Part shown: piece after piece, positions 13,027-25,600 of the stretch
Position numbering within the stretch: the stretch's first letter is position 1
Layout: each line of letters opens with the position of its first letter
Origin: Orbicella franksi
Lineage: Eukaryota
NCBI GenBank assembly: GCA_964199315.1
Contig: OZ116707.1
Coordinates: 7,998,001-8,062,000, forward strand
Reading direction: 5' to 3'
Length of the DNA: 64,000 nt
Notes under the pieces: model-generated
Seen by the model: only the letters and a program-made list of their open reading frames with translations
Database searches by the model: none
Told to the model about the DNA's origin: nothing
Translations under genes and position numbers: made by a program

Positions 13027-14117
13027 TTAAAAAGATTCCTTTAAAATAATTAGAGATGGTCGATTCTCGGGCCTTTTAGAAAGAGCACTCTTAACAGTAG
13101 AGTTCACGCTGAGTGGTACCAGTTTACAGACCGACTTGACCAAATACGCGAGAGAGTACACGTCGGTCTCCACGCAGGGTTTGCTTGACCCGTCCACGAG
13201 TTCCGGTGCTATGTAGCCGTTTTCAAATTGTTTGCGAAGATGCTCGGGTTTTGGTACCGCTTTCTTCACTTTTTCGGCGAGCACACTTTTCCCGAAATCT
13301 ACAATAACCAGACTTGGGATCCCATCTCTGGTTTCCAGAACCACATTGTTTTTAAGTCATTGTGGATAAATCCACAGTCGTGAACGTGATGTAAGGCATC
13401 AGCCACGTTGCGAAATACCGCGTTCCATGCCTCTTCTTCTTTTACAATCCCATGCTTCGCGGCTTTGTAGATGGTGAGGCTCTGGCCATCTTCATTCCCG
13501 TGGAACTGCATGATAATGCCAACTTTACGCTGCTGTAGCATAACTCCAAAAAGAAGCGGTATCCCAGGATGGTCTCCCAAACGTTGAATGACTCGTGCTT
13601 CGTAAGCCGCTTCTCTTCGGAGTTTCTCCAGGGTAACGCCTTCTCTATGCTTAAACTCCTTAAGCACCACACAGAGATTTCTGTACCTGGCCAGAAAGCA
13701 CGCACCAAAGGTTCCACTACCAATCGACTTTGCCCCGTCCCGTTTGAGGTTTCCTGCTTTTATTTCTCTTAAAGAGGTTGCATTGCAGGAAGCGGCAACG
13801 TGCTCTGGTTTGGGCACGTTTGATACCTTTTGTGTGGCTTTTTTAACCGCAGCTGAAACCATGCGTTTTCCTCTCATTAGAGCTCGGACATCTTTATGTC
13901 TCTCAGTTCTTGGAGCTTCTGTTGCTCATTTCTCGTGTTCGTTGGCCGAAGCTTTATTTATGGCCGATACTTCTTGCACTATCGCCTGTTGCGGTTGACA
14001 GCCCTTCTTTCTCTGTCGATATCTTTTCTTCTGCTCCCTTCTCAATTTCTTGTAATAACGATCCCGATCTTCGCTTGTTTCTTTGAGAGCACATTTGCGT
14101 TTCTTGTTTGACTCCAT
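13027..14117 (-). pseudogene. Intronless protein kinase pseudogene (~360 codons)
   Basis: IGSGTFG, VVLKEF, AAYEARVI, HNDLK, VDFGKS, YIAPE and DVYSL motifs appear in order. Basic N-terminus from ATG 14117. An in-frame TGA at 13926-13928 joins ORF 13926-14117 to 13299-13877. A frameshift follows HNDLK (~13345). Confidence 0.9.
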
Positions 14118-14401
14118 TTACTAAAACTTTTCCGTAGAATAGAAATACACGGGTAACACTCAGGTCCGTACAGGCAAAGTTGGAAAAAGTGACTATTGTT
14201 CAAGAGAGTATGCTATTGTTTTACAACCGGAAAGGAGACTGAAGTGGTAAATTGAGGTGACTAATAATTGAAGCACTTGATTGGTCAGATGAACAATGGT
14301 TAGAGCAAATTTAACCGAAAAGTTATGATCATTTAATTATTGCGGCAAATTGGAATGGAACTACATAAAAATGATCAAGAACACTTCTTTGTAAAGTGAC
14401 A

Positions 14402-14602
14402 TTTTGAGTGAAGATCTAAATAAGCGAGGGCTCCGCATTTTCAAAAAAGGTCTATCCACATCAAATAATTTTCATAAATCTTTCTCAGTCTCCCGAAGGT
14501 TTTCATGACTGTGCTGACTGTGCGACGCGTGCGATTACGTAATCATCTTAATATTTAACTAAAATTTCACAAGAAGCGGAAATTGTGATTTTCACAGCTG
14601 CC
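14402..14602 (+). repeat. Dispersed direct repeat, copy 2, ending ~44 bp upstream of the ATG at 14646
   Basis: Diverged copy of 11960-12180, lacking a ~17 bp segment. Confidence 0.85.
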
Positions 14603-14645
14603 ATTTTTAAAGACCAGCATTCGCATTCAGTGCACGCCGTTAAAA

Positions 14646-15401
14646 ATGCCGTCTCTTAAAACTAAATGTGTAGCCTACTTACGCGAGTTTGCCACACGAC
14701 GATCTCTAGCAAAACATGCGGAAAAGACCGCACATATTTACCAAGGGACAGATGTGCAGTTCTTTAAGAAGGGTGAAAGCGAGCCTGTGAATTTGCCAGT
14801 CCTGGGAAGAATTGCTGTATCACAACAAGCAGCTTACAAAGAGTTTTTAAGTGGCATGGCTGAATTAACTAATTCCTACCTAAAGCCCGACGTCAAAAGC
14901 AAGTGGGTGAAGATAGACTTGATCATGGTGCCTAGTGCATACTTTACGTCACTTCTTCTGGGTTTGAAGCTGAATAAGCCATTTGCTGTAAGGGAAGCGC
15001 GACATCCACCTCCGCTGAAACAGGATTCGTCAACTGCGCTGTTTTACAACGTCTATGATATCTCCGTTCTTAAAGATTTGTTTGCTTCAACGGTACCGTT
15101 AAAAACAAGGACCTATTTTTGCCGCAACGAAGAAGTCAGTGTTCCTGTAACAGGTGGCGAACTTACAGCCAAGGAGAAAGTGGCCCTTGCTCAGCAACGC
15201 ACTGGCACTCGTTGGGGAGCCACAAGCGATGCTTCAAACCAAGCGAAACCCACATCCCGACAGCAATTGAAATGTGAAGAGGGAGAATGGCTGCGTACTA
15301 GAGAGTTTCAAGTGATATGGTGGCCAGACGTCTTCGCCCAGTCAAGGTTTGGACACCTGCGCCTGAGATTCTATGTGGAGCATGTGGAACTTACGAATTA
15401 A
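14646..15401 (+). CDS. Intronless orphan ORF, 251 aa, with a degenerate N-terminal C2H2-like finger
   Basis: Uninterrupted ATG-to-TAA frame. C-x2-[Y]-x3-F-x5-L-x2-H-x5-H spacing (KCVAYLREFATRRSLAKHAEKTAH); the rest is unrecognised. Confidence 0.6.
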   Translation: MPSLKTKCVAYLREFATRRSLAKHAEKTAHIYQGTDVQFFKKGESEPVNLPVLGRIAVSQQAAYKEFLSGMAELTNSYLKPDVKSKWVKIDLIMVPSAYFTSLLLGLKLNKPFAVREARHPPPLKQDSSTALFYNVYDISVLKDLFASTVPLKTRTYFCRNEEVSVPVTGGELTAKEKVALAQQRTGTRWGATSDASNQAKPTSRQQLKCEEGEWLRTREFQVIWWPDVFAQSRFGHLRLRFYVEHVELTN

Positions 15402-18400
15402 TTAGCTCATCTACCTATTGCAAAAGGTTTCATGAAAGTATTTTGGATTTTAACAAAGTGCATATCACCGCTTTTGATCAAAGTGCTCCAAGATTGCCTA
15501 GTTTTTTTTAACAGTTGAGATCGTGATCATAATGTTACCATTTATTTATTTTTCATGTGCAAGTTACTTAGTATATTTCATCAGGAGGAGGATTATATTT
15601 GTTTTGGTTACCATTCTTGATGGAAAACTAGACCATCTTTTTGTAATGTCTTAAAATATGGAAAGACAGCTGGAACAGCTATGCCACAGTAACTTCACTT
15701 AGCACGGCGGTATTTAGCTACTCAATAAAATCCTTGTCTGCTGATTACTATTACTACTATAATCGACTACGTTAATAATTTCTACGTATACCGGCCTAGT
15801 AACAAAAGAGACTAAAAATACCGTAGTTCTTGTGTTGCTTTCTACTTCAAACTGCAAAAGTGTTTCTGTAATTTTGGTTGATTGTGTTGATTGTGTTCCT
15901 CAAGTTTATCTGGCATTACTAACAATTTCTTTCACTTTTGTGTCCTGGAGTTGAAAGACTCCTTTCTTCTTTCAGTCTTTTCTTTTTTTTTCGTTTGCGC
16001 CTTTTCTCAAGGCTCGTAGAGAGCATTCCGTACTTTGATCGCCGATTCCCCTTCCTCGATTGAAGCTCTAGGTTTTCGCATAGGATTTTTTTTGGATTGT
16101 GAATCGTTGTCGTTGTATTGATGGCGTCAATGAGAGTGTGCAAAATAACCTAAAAAAAAAACTAGGCATCAGCATCCACCTACTTTTTCACATTTGGTGG
16201 CTTCCAACATGCTCGCGTTTGTACAGGAAATTTTTGATGAGTTCCGTGGGAGAATGAGTTTAATTTATGCACGTGAATAAACTGGCCGCTGATTTTAGAT
16301 AACAAGACAGGACGAGTGCTGACAGTCTGACACGTGGCTAAATGCGAGAAGGTTGCAAAGGTGAAGCATGTTATATGCTTGCAATAAACGATGATTTCCA
16401 TGATTGACAAGACAGAACTTAAGTTTAAGAAGTGCCCAGAGACCAAGGCTGCTGTAATATGTTGTGCTCCTTCCATTCCATATCAACAAGCGACGTATGC
16501 AGTTAAAAGGTAAGCTTTTTATTATAACGTAATAACCGATTATTGACTAATTCATTGCTGACAAGGTTTATCATGTGTCATCTTCCGACAAAATTTTTAT
16601 ACAGAACTCTCGTTCTATTCGTTTTCCAATAAGGAATGTTCAATTAATTATCCTACCTTTAGGAAATCTTTCCGATTTCGCTTTTCCAGGCTTTTCTTGT
16701 GTGGCTGTGAAAAATGACTGCTGCACAACTTAGCCATACCTATACAAGAATTTAAGGAAATGGTTATTGTACATCTAATAAGTATAACCGTGACACGAAA
16801 AAACTAACCACTTACACAAACAACTGACAAGATGTGTTGATGCTAGGCTTTAGTGATCAGAGATTTTCAAGAAAAAGAAACGTCCTTACCTTTGGTTAGT
16901 AAACTTTAGACAAGTTCCTCCAACTGCTGATAAGAGATCTATAGAGACAGATACGAACATAAGATTGTAAACTTCAGGTATATTCTACCCAGGATGTTAC
17001 AAAGTTAACATTTAGGTGTGACTATTAGACTGTAAACCTCAGGTATATTCTACCCAGGATGTTACAAAGTTAACATTTTGGCGTGACTATTAGACTGTAA
17101 ACCTCAGGTATATTCTACCCAGGATGTTACAAAGTTAACATGTTGGCGTGACTATTAGACTGTAAACCTCAGGTATATTCTACCCAGGATGTTACAAAGT
17201 AACCATGTTGGCGTGACTATTAGACTGTAAACCTCGGGTATATTCTACCCAGGATGTTACAAAGTTAACATTTTGGTGCGACTATTAGACTGTAAACCTC
17301 AGGTATATTCTACCCAGGATGTTACAAAGTTAACATTTTGGCGTGACTATTAGACTGTAAACCTCAGGTATATTCTACCCAGGATGTTACAAAGTTAACA
17401 TTTTGGTGTGACTATTAGACTGTAAACCTCAGGTATATTCTACCCAGGATGTTACAAAGTTAACATTTTGGTGCGACTATTAGACTGTAAACCTCAGGTA
17501 TATTCTACCCAGGATGTTACAAAGTTAACATTTTGGTGCGACTATTAGACTGTAAACCTCAGGTATATTCTACCCAGGATGTTACAAAGTTAACATTTTG
17601 GTGCGACTATTAGACTGTAAACCTCAGGTATATTCTACCCAGGATGTTACAAAGTTAACATTTTGGTACGACTATTAGACTGTAAACCTCAGGTATATTC
17701 TACCCAGGATGTTACAAAGTTAACATTTTGGTGCGACTATTAGACTGTAAACCTCAGGTATATTCTACCCAGGATGTTACAAAGTTAACATTTTGGTGCG
17801 ACTATTAGACTGTAAACCTCAGGTATATTCTACCCAGGATGTTACAAAGTTAACATTTTGGTGCGACTATTAGACTGTAAACCTCAGGTATATTCTACCC
17901 AGGATGTTACAAAGTTAACATTTTGGCGTGACTATTAGACTGTAAACCTCAGGTATATTCTACCCAGGATGTTACAAAGTTAACATTTTGGCGTGACTAT
18001 TAGACTGTAAACCTCAGGTATATTCTACCCAGGATGTTACAAAGTTAACATTTTGGTGCGACTATTAGACTGTAAACCTCAGGTATATTCTACCCAGGAT
18101 GTTACAAAGTTAACATTTTGGTGTGACTATTAGACTGTAAACCTCAGGTATATTCTACCCAGGATGTTACAAAGTTAACATTTTGGTGCGACTATTAGAC
18201 TGTAAACCTCAGGTATATTCTACCCAGGATGTTACAAAGTTAACATTTTGGTGCGACTATTAGACTGTAAACCTCAGGTATATTCTACCCAGGATGTTAC
18301 AAAGTTAACATTTTGGTGCGACTATTAGACTCTAAACCTCAGGTATATTCTACCCAGGATGTTACAAAGTTAACATTTTGGTGCGACTATTAGACTGTAA

Positions 18401-18477
18401 ACCTCAGGTATATTCTACCCAGGATGTTACAAAGTTAACATTTTGGTGCGACTATTAGACTGTAAACCTCAGGTATA

Positions 18478-19397
18478 CCGTAAAAACTCGTGTATAAGCC
18501 GCACTCGTATATAAGCCGCACCCCCAACTTTCGAGCTTGATTTTGAAAAAAAGAAAACTCTTTAAAAAGCGCTGAGCAAAAGAAAGTGATTACTTGTACA
18601 TTGTAAGCTTGGTCAAATCTGATGCTGTGTATTTGCTGCGAGCTAAATAACTCTTGAAATACCTTTTACAAGCTATTCTTCAACGCAATTTCTGATATCC
18701 TCCTAAAGAGAGGCTCTTTTGACAAGATGTTGCCTTTATTGCTAAAGGCGATAGTGGAAAACGATGAAATTCAAACGGAAATCCGAGCAAAACAATCTCT
18801 GACCGATCGATGCAAAATGTTGCTTAGTAACCACGCAGTCATTTAAAGAGAGAGTCTGGACACAAGAGAAATACACACGCAACCGATAAGAAGTCTGGGC
18901 CGAGTCACGTAGATCGATCGAATTGAACGATCGAACGAACGATAAACAACATGGAAAAGTTCCATTTCACATCAGCTGTGCGTGGATACCATGTTTATAA
19001 ACATGTATGGAAGCCTTCAATTGGTGAAAAACTTGTTGCTCGACGCGAGTTTAACAATCCTATGGATAAACACGCGGTGCAAGTTGTGAAGTACAAATGA
19101 AAGGAAGTACAAATGAATCGCTTGAAAGAACTACTCGCGAAGAAGATTCAGGTTTAAAACCTGAAGAGACAAAGGCTCCTTTAGGAGCCACCACTTCTAT
19201 CAAAAGCAATGATCAACAACAGCAACAGGTTTCAAAATGTTGAATGTTTATTTACTTACATTTTTAAGTACTATATCTGACCACTAACTAGGCAATTAGC
19301 TCCCTCTGAAAGCAATGGTCTCGTATATAAGCCGCACCCGCCATTTTGAGCCCAAAATTTCAGCAAAAAGGTGCGGCTTATACACGAGTTTTTACGG
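18478..19397 (+). mobile_element. Non-autonomous Tc1/mariner-pogo-type element (920 bp) carrying a HIRAN fragment
   Basis: Perfect 27-bp TIRs CCGTAAAAACTCGTGTATAAGCCGCAC. TA TSD at 18476-77 and 19398-99. Removing it restores the array unit AGGTATATTCTACCC. Confidence 0.92.
18951..19100 (+). pseudogene. Truncated HIRAN domain (49 aa)
   Basis: MEKFHFTSAVRGYHVYKHVWKPSIGEKLVARREFNNPMDKHAVQVVKYK* matches the N-terminal half of HIRAN (RGYHVY..W.P..GE.L...RE..N..D..AV). Confidence 0.8.
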
Positions 19398-19670
19398 TAT
19401 TCTACCCAGGATGTTACAAAGTTAACATTTTGGTGCGACTATTAGACTGTAAACCTCAGGTATGTTCTACCCAGGATGTTACAAAGTTAACATGTTGGCG
19501 TGACTATTAGACTGTAAACCTCAGGTATATTCTACCCACGAGGTTACAAAGTAGTTGCAATGATGGCCTGATTATTAGATGCACAAAATGTACATTGTAA
19601 CTCTCAGGTATATTCTACCCAGGAAGTTACAAGATCAACGTGGTGGTCTGGTTAGCTCTTTTAACATGTA

Positions 19671-20340
19671 TCACATGAGCATATACAGCATCAGTTTCTT
19701 CCTGAAGTAGTTGGATTCTTCAAAGCTCCAGGAGATCTGATGGGGTGGTACTTTTTTTCCAAGGATGATCTCTTGAGCCAATAATATGACACCCATCCCA
19801 CAACTTCCACCACCAGCTGTCTTACCATCGATTCTCTGCTTTGGCATATGTATTCGCTTATACTGTGATGCAGATAGGTGACTAGACATGAAGCTGTTGA
19901 AGCTGTTAATAGATGGGAACATCTCTCCGAGAAGCATGACCAGTCTACCAATTATGTTGCAAAGCTGTGCTGGTGGGGCTACTTTTAGTCCATCATCATA
20001 CCAAACTGTCAATGTTTCTAGGTCTACACAGGCAAGTCCCCAATGGGGAATGTTTGCCATGTGCACTGGCAAATGTATTAGTTTAAGTTCATGCGGTTGA
20101 TGGAGGTCCTTTCTTATTACAGTTTTGACTGGCTCCAGAACTTGGTTATCCAACCATGACAAGGCTTCAGTGGGTAAACACAGTATAGAATCTTCCTGTA
20201 TTTGTTTTGATTGCAGTGTCTTTTTTAGACAGTAATTGATGATAAAGTTATCAATGTAGCGTTCACCCACCAGTGTTGAAAGTGATTTAAAATCAACATG
20301 ATGGCCATCTAGTGAAACAATAACACGTAATGGGTCATGG
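19671..20340 (-). other. Ulp1/SENP (peptidase C48) catalytic domain within the last exon
   Basis: LSTLVGERYIDNFIINY; His in IPHWGL (~20043-45); Asp in WYDDGL; Gln in MPKQ; Cys in GGGSCGMGV (~19800-02). Confidence 0.88.
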
Positions 20341-22608
20341 GGACTCTGTTCAAAAATGTTGCAAAGGTACTTGATTTCTGAATCTCTTAGGGTATTTTTG
20401 TCAGGGTTGAAACTCAGCCAAGCCATTTCTTCTTTGTAATCTTGCTGCATTTTTGCAATACAGCAATATCTTGAGAGGGCTTGAATACCACTGTCACTGA
20501 AGATTCCTAAGTTACCAATTTTTACCCCACTTGGGCCATCACTGTCATCCAGCTGTATTGTGTTTTCCTTTATCACCTGTGATGAGCATGCACTTATGAT
20601 CTTCTGAGCTACTTTCACTATGTTGTCTGCCGGACGACTCTTGAGCAAGTATGGATTCTCATCTTGAAACTTGCCATAAATGGGAACAACATTATTTTCA
20701 TGGATTTGATTTGTGAGTGGAGGAAGCTTGACTTGAGATAACTCTTGTCTTGTTGCAGTCTGTGACATGCAGTGCTGGAGTGATTCTGGAGAAGACATTG
20801 ATGGCTTTGAGATGATTGGGCTGGGTGTGCATGTACTTTTTTGAGCAGGTTTTACTTGATTTTTTGTCATCACTTCTTGTGGCTTTGGACAAGGATCTGA
20901 TTTTTGAGCAGGAAAAAGGCATCTCTTTGTGGATTTGGACTTCTGTTCTGGATGTGGGTGACTTTTGCTACCTTTTTTTCCAGCTGGTGATTGAGGAAAC
21001 TGTGGAGTCTCATCAAGGTTTTGGCTGTATTCATCTTCCCAGTCAGTGTGGTTGTACTCATAGTTGGGTGCATCATTTTCATGGACATAGCAAACTTTCT
21101 TTTCATCATAGGGATAGCTGAAGAAATCTTTTCCAAAAAGGTTGTCCATTAGCTTGTTCACTCTTTTGATCCAAGCCTTATCCTCAGTGGACCATGCTGG
21201 TTTGGGTCTGGTAGATGGCCAACTGCAACCCCGGAAGAAGAAGCTGCTTCCTATTTGGAATGAGTGTTAAAATTAACAAGTAGATGCAAATTTGTCTGAT
21301 GTGAAAATTTATCATAAATACTATTAAGTTATTGCCTCTTTTTTTCAGATATACAGTTAAGGTATAATTAATCGTCAGTGATTTCTAAAAAATACTCCTG
21401 TCAGAGTTAAATGAAATGGAACAGGGATTCACTTGTCTTCATTTAAGATTTTCATTGTGAAGTTTAACTTTGGCAGAGCTTTATAAACCATTAATTAAAA
21501 GTAAAGATTTTTAATAATGACCAACTTTGTGTAAAATGGCTTTGACTCAGTTGATTCATTTGGCTCCTTTGACTCAAACAGCTGTAAAACAAGAGACCTC
21601 TTATAGACCACAAGTTGCATATTCACAAATTTATTTATGTTGTTATAGGTATGGCCTTTGTGAGTTTACCTGGTGAACTACAGCAGTCCTGAGCTTGCTG
21701 GGAACAAAGTCTTAGATACAGCAGTTTTGTGGTGTAATGATGGAGGAACATCTGCTCAGCTATATAGACCGAAAGAAAATTGAAAGCTCCAATAAATAGA
21801 GATTTTTCTGTAAAGAAAATGACCTGGAAGAAAGGCAATAATTGTTGTGTATATACACATTTATTTAGTTTTATGTCTGGGCAAACTTCTTAACTCCCAG
21901 CTATAGGACTTGAATAAGGTTATTATAATTTGCCATTTAATTGTAAGTTGCATGGTTGTTTACAAGGTGTTGATAGTCTTTATCTATAAATATAATTAGT
22001 ACAAATGGATATTAAGCTAACATACGTGATTTTAAATTTTGCTGCTTCTCCCTTGAAATCCACTTACTTGATGACTCAGATGACGATGAATCATGATTTG
22101 TGCACTGAGCATACAGCTGCCTGTGAACTTTATGCATTGCTTCAAAACCCTGGTTTGAGGAACGGGCCATGGACTTGAAGTGTCTCATCAGCATTGGACT
22201 ATGTTCAATAGTGAGATGTCCATAGTCACCAGTACCCAGTCCAACTCCAAACAGTTCTCGACAGAGGATTCCCCATTCTTTGCACTGATGAACAAATGGA
22301 AGCAATGTAAGAGAAAACAATCTACAGCTGTACTAGTGTTAATGTCCAGTAACCATATCATTGTGCCAGTAGACATACCTGAATGTCATATTTATCAATT
22401 TCATAATCTTCCCCATCCTCAAACACTCTATGATGCATAACCAATGCTATGTCTTTCCACTGAGAGAATACCTAGATGCAGTAAAGAAAAATAATCAGTG
22501 AAATAAATTGTACTGAATGAATGAGTCTTGGCAACACACCTACAAAATGGAACCAACATTGCAGGATACCTGTTTTGTATGGAGGCCTGATAGTAAATGA
22601 CTTTCTAA

Positions 22609-22676
<68 letters not shown>

Positions 22677-25600
22677 ACATCACACAGATAATTTCACTGT
22701 GTGGGATTATGCTAGTATAACTACAGGTAGTTCTCTCAAATTTGTATGTACATGTACATGTATGGATGGGATGCTGATGTGCTGAAATTTACATGCAAAT
22801 TTTCTCCAGTTCTTGCAGCCATTTTCATTGTTTCATTTACAGAAAAAGTACTGGCCTGTTTTGACAATTTTAACACTTCAAAATTAACCTGTTTTAAAAG
22901 AATGCCAAAAGATGGCATATTAAAAGAGGGCTGCTATGTGATATTGTCGTGTAAGTAGCACTGAAAAGAGCTGTTAGTAATATAATACACAACTGTATAT
23001 CATGTTCCAAACCTCTTTGAATCTCAAAATTTCTAACTTTGCAGCATATTCTCGCAACACCAGTGGGCTATCAGCTTGCTCAGCAATAGTATACTTTTCT
23101 TCTATGTCTTTTGAACACTGTTCCCAGGAGTTTTTCTTTTCATGCAGATATGTCTCCAGGTCTAAAATGAATTGTTATTGATTACAAAATGGACAGTTTA
23201 AAGAACTATAAGGCTGTTAACCACACACCCTAGAAATTTTTGTTTTCTTTAGCAAAAAGGTTTACCCGTATATATGAAAGAGTTAAAAGAACAAAACAGA
23301 GAAAAGTGGAAGCTATAGGCTTTTTGTAAGTTGTAATTCTGCACAAAGGTTAAGTTTTCATAAACCTTAATGAAAATTTATTCCTCCATATCTAGAACGC
23401 TCAAATATGTAGGTAAAGAAGTGTTGATGTTAACGAATGATGTTGAGATTCTTGAACTGTCAATGGGCTGGTAACATTCATGTAGGGTAAGTGATCTTTA
23501 GTTTATTATGTTATATGGTACTACCTTACCTGTACCAGCAAGTGGGACAGATTCCATGCCACTTACTCCATTGTCCCGGAGAAATTCTTCCCCTTCAATA
23601 AGATCTCTGTAATACTTAAAGTCATAACAGTAAATGGTTACTTGAAAAAGAAATTGCAAGAGATTACATAACTATATGAAAGTTCAACTTCATTTTCTGA
23701 GTTACGTTACATTAAAGATGGGCCTGAAAAATTATCCAGCCCTTCTAGACTTAATATTTTCTACAGAAAAGCAGGGGCCCAAGAAAAACATTTTGGCCAC
23801 AAGGAGTGACCCTTAAATAACATCCATGAAAACAATTTTATGACAATAATATGTAATATTAATCAAGCAGCTTGCAGAGAAAACATGATAGTACAAGTTA
23901 ATGAAAATCAAATGCATTAAATGAACCTTTATTCTTTCTTCACAGTAGGATATTTTTCCAAGAATCGAATCCTCTGCAGTCTCCTTGTCTGGAAACAGAT
24001 CCATGACGTTTTGGACAGGTAATGAAGACTCCACAATGTCATCAAAGTTGTTCAAGAAGGCCTGCTCTGTATTGCCTGCAAAATGCAAATTAATAGGTTC
24101 AGAGAATTTGGGTTAAGTAATTCAGTCAGTTTTGTGTCTACAATCAACTTCCCTGGCAGTTTCCCCTACAACTTCTTTGACTATAGACAGAGATTGTGAA
24201 TGATCCCTCTAAATTTTGCAGTGCTCAAAAATTGGGCTTCTGCGCTGAATGCTCACAAAATGTTTGTTTTCTCTATGCTTGCAATGAACAATTGATGCTC
24301 CTACGAGTTAAATTTTCAACAATTATATTTAATGTCCTAGCTGTTGTCTTTGAATAGGTTCGGTCCTTACGTAGTATTTACAGTATGGCCCAGTACGAGT
24401 GGCTGAGTTTAATCTGATTTGTATTCATTTCTTTCCATTTACCTTATGAATTATAAAACAACACAACAATACAATTTACAAGGTACTATATATATACACT
24501 GAAGTTTATAAAATGACTGTGCATAAACTTTGAAATTTATACCTGAAAATGATCTAATTTTAATGTTATGTTTTTGTACATCTGTATCTTGGCCTTCCTT
24601 CAATTTCACAACAATGCGGTCTTTCACCATTGTCTCTGGACCATATTCGGCTAGCACAAGGTTGCATTCTTTTAATGATCCACATCTGTGAGCAGTAAGT
24701 CCAAGGGACATAAGGAGCTGTTCAGTGTTTCGGAGTTCACAGTGGAGTGCACAGAGGTTAACATCTGATACCTCAACATCCATGAAGATGAGAAGGTCAT
24801 CTCTAATACCATTCCATCTGCATTAATGAAGGTAGTACTGTTACACTTGTGTTCTATTTTTACGTTTAATTTATTCATCATGAAAATATAGGATATGAAT
24901 ATTAATGATATACAATCTTGGAGACTGAAGGCAGCACATGTATATACATGCCTATATCCTGAATTATATTTGACAAATACATACTAACAAAATGACCATA
25001 CTTTCCGACGTCTCCCTTGGCTTTTACAAAACACTCTACACAAGTTTCATTTGCTGGAACTCCTTTACAGGCACAACCCTGACAAAGTAGGAAATATGAG
25101 GAAGAAAATGAGCTTTGCTCTTAAGTTTGTTTTTTAATCTTGTACATGTACAATGTGATTGCTATTTTTTTTGTTTTATATACATGAAGGGATTTGAACA
25201 CTCTTCGAGTAACAAAAATGTAAATAACCTTTATTTGATGTTCATATTGTAGTTTTACTTACTCGGATAGCAGTGCAGAAAAGGCAAGCCTCCACCCCTT
25301 TCCCTTGTCCACCTAATTGGACTTCCTCTCCTGTTGTCCTTTTTGTGCACAGCAAAAGAGCTTTGTAGTCAGCTGTAACTGTTGTAAGGAGAGATGTAAT
25401 GAAGTATTTTTTTGAGAACCATACACAGTGTATCTAGAGTGAACTTGTGTTAAAGGGGCAACCAGTGTTTCTGTGTACATGCAGTGTGAAATGATTATAA
25501 GTAATTTTGATGTACTTTTATTAGTATTACTAATTAAATAACAATTCTTTGATTCAATAGACAATGGATCTCTGGATGGAAAAAATATATATATAGAGAG

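Larger units (their letters stand above)
16966..19632. repeat. 65-bp tandem repeat array: ~23 copies at 16966-18477 and ~3.5 decaying copies at 19398-19632
   Basis: Unit CTGTAAACCTCAGGTATATTCTACCCAGGATGTTACAAAGTTAACATTTTGGTGCGACTATTAGA with a 65-bp period; variation is mostly at GGTGCG/GGCGTG/GGTGTG. Confidence 0.97.

Noticed and set aside
16966-19632. 65-bp array as a CRISPR array
   Set aside because: Units are contiguous and near-identical, with no unique spacers. The context is eukaryotic and no cas genes are present.
23390-23480. Additional exon of the RAG1-like gene
   Set aside because: Candidate frames contain stops, and the flanking exons (23614-23530 and 23161-23013) already join in phase.
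25424-25430. CACAGTG as an RSS heptamer or terminus of the RAG1-like element (also at 42331-42337)
   Set aside because: There is no ACAAAAACC-like nonamer at 12 or 23 bp, no inverted partner and no TSD. The 25424 site lies inside intron 4. A 7-mer is expected by chance in 64 kb.
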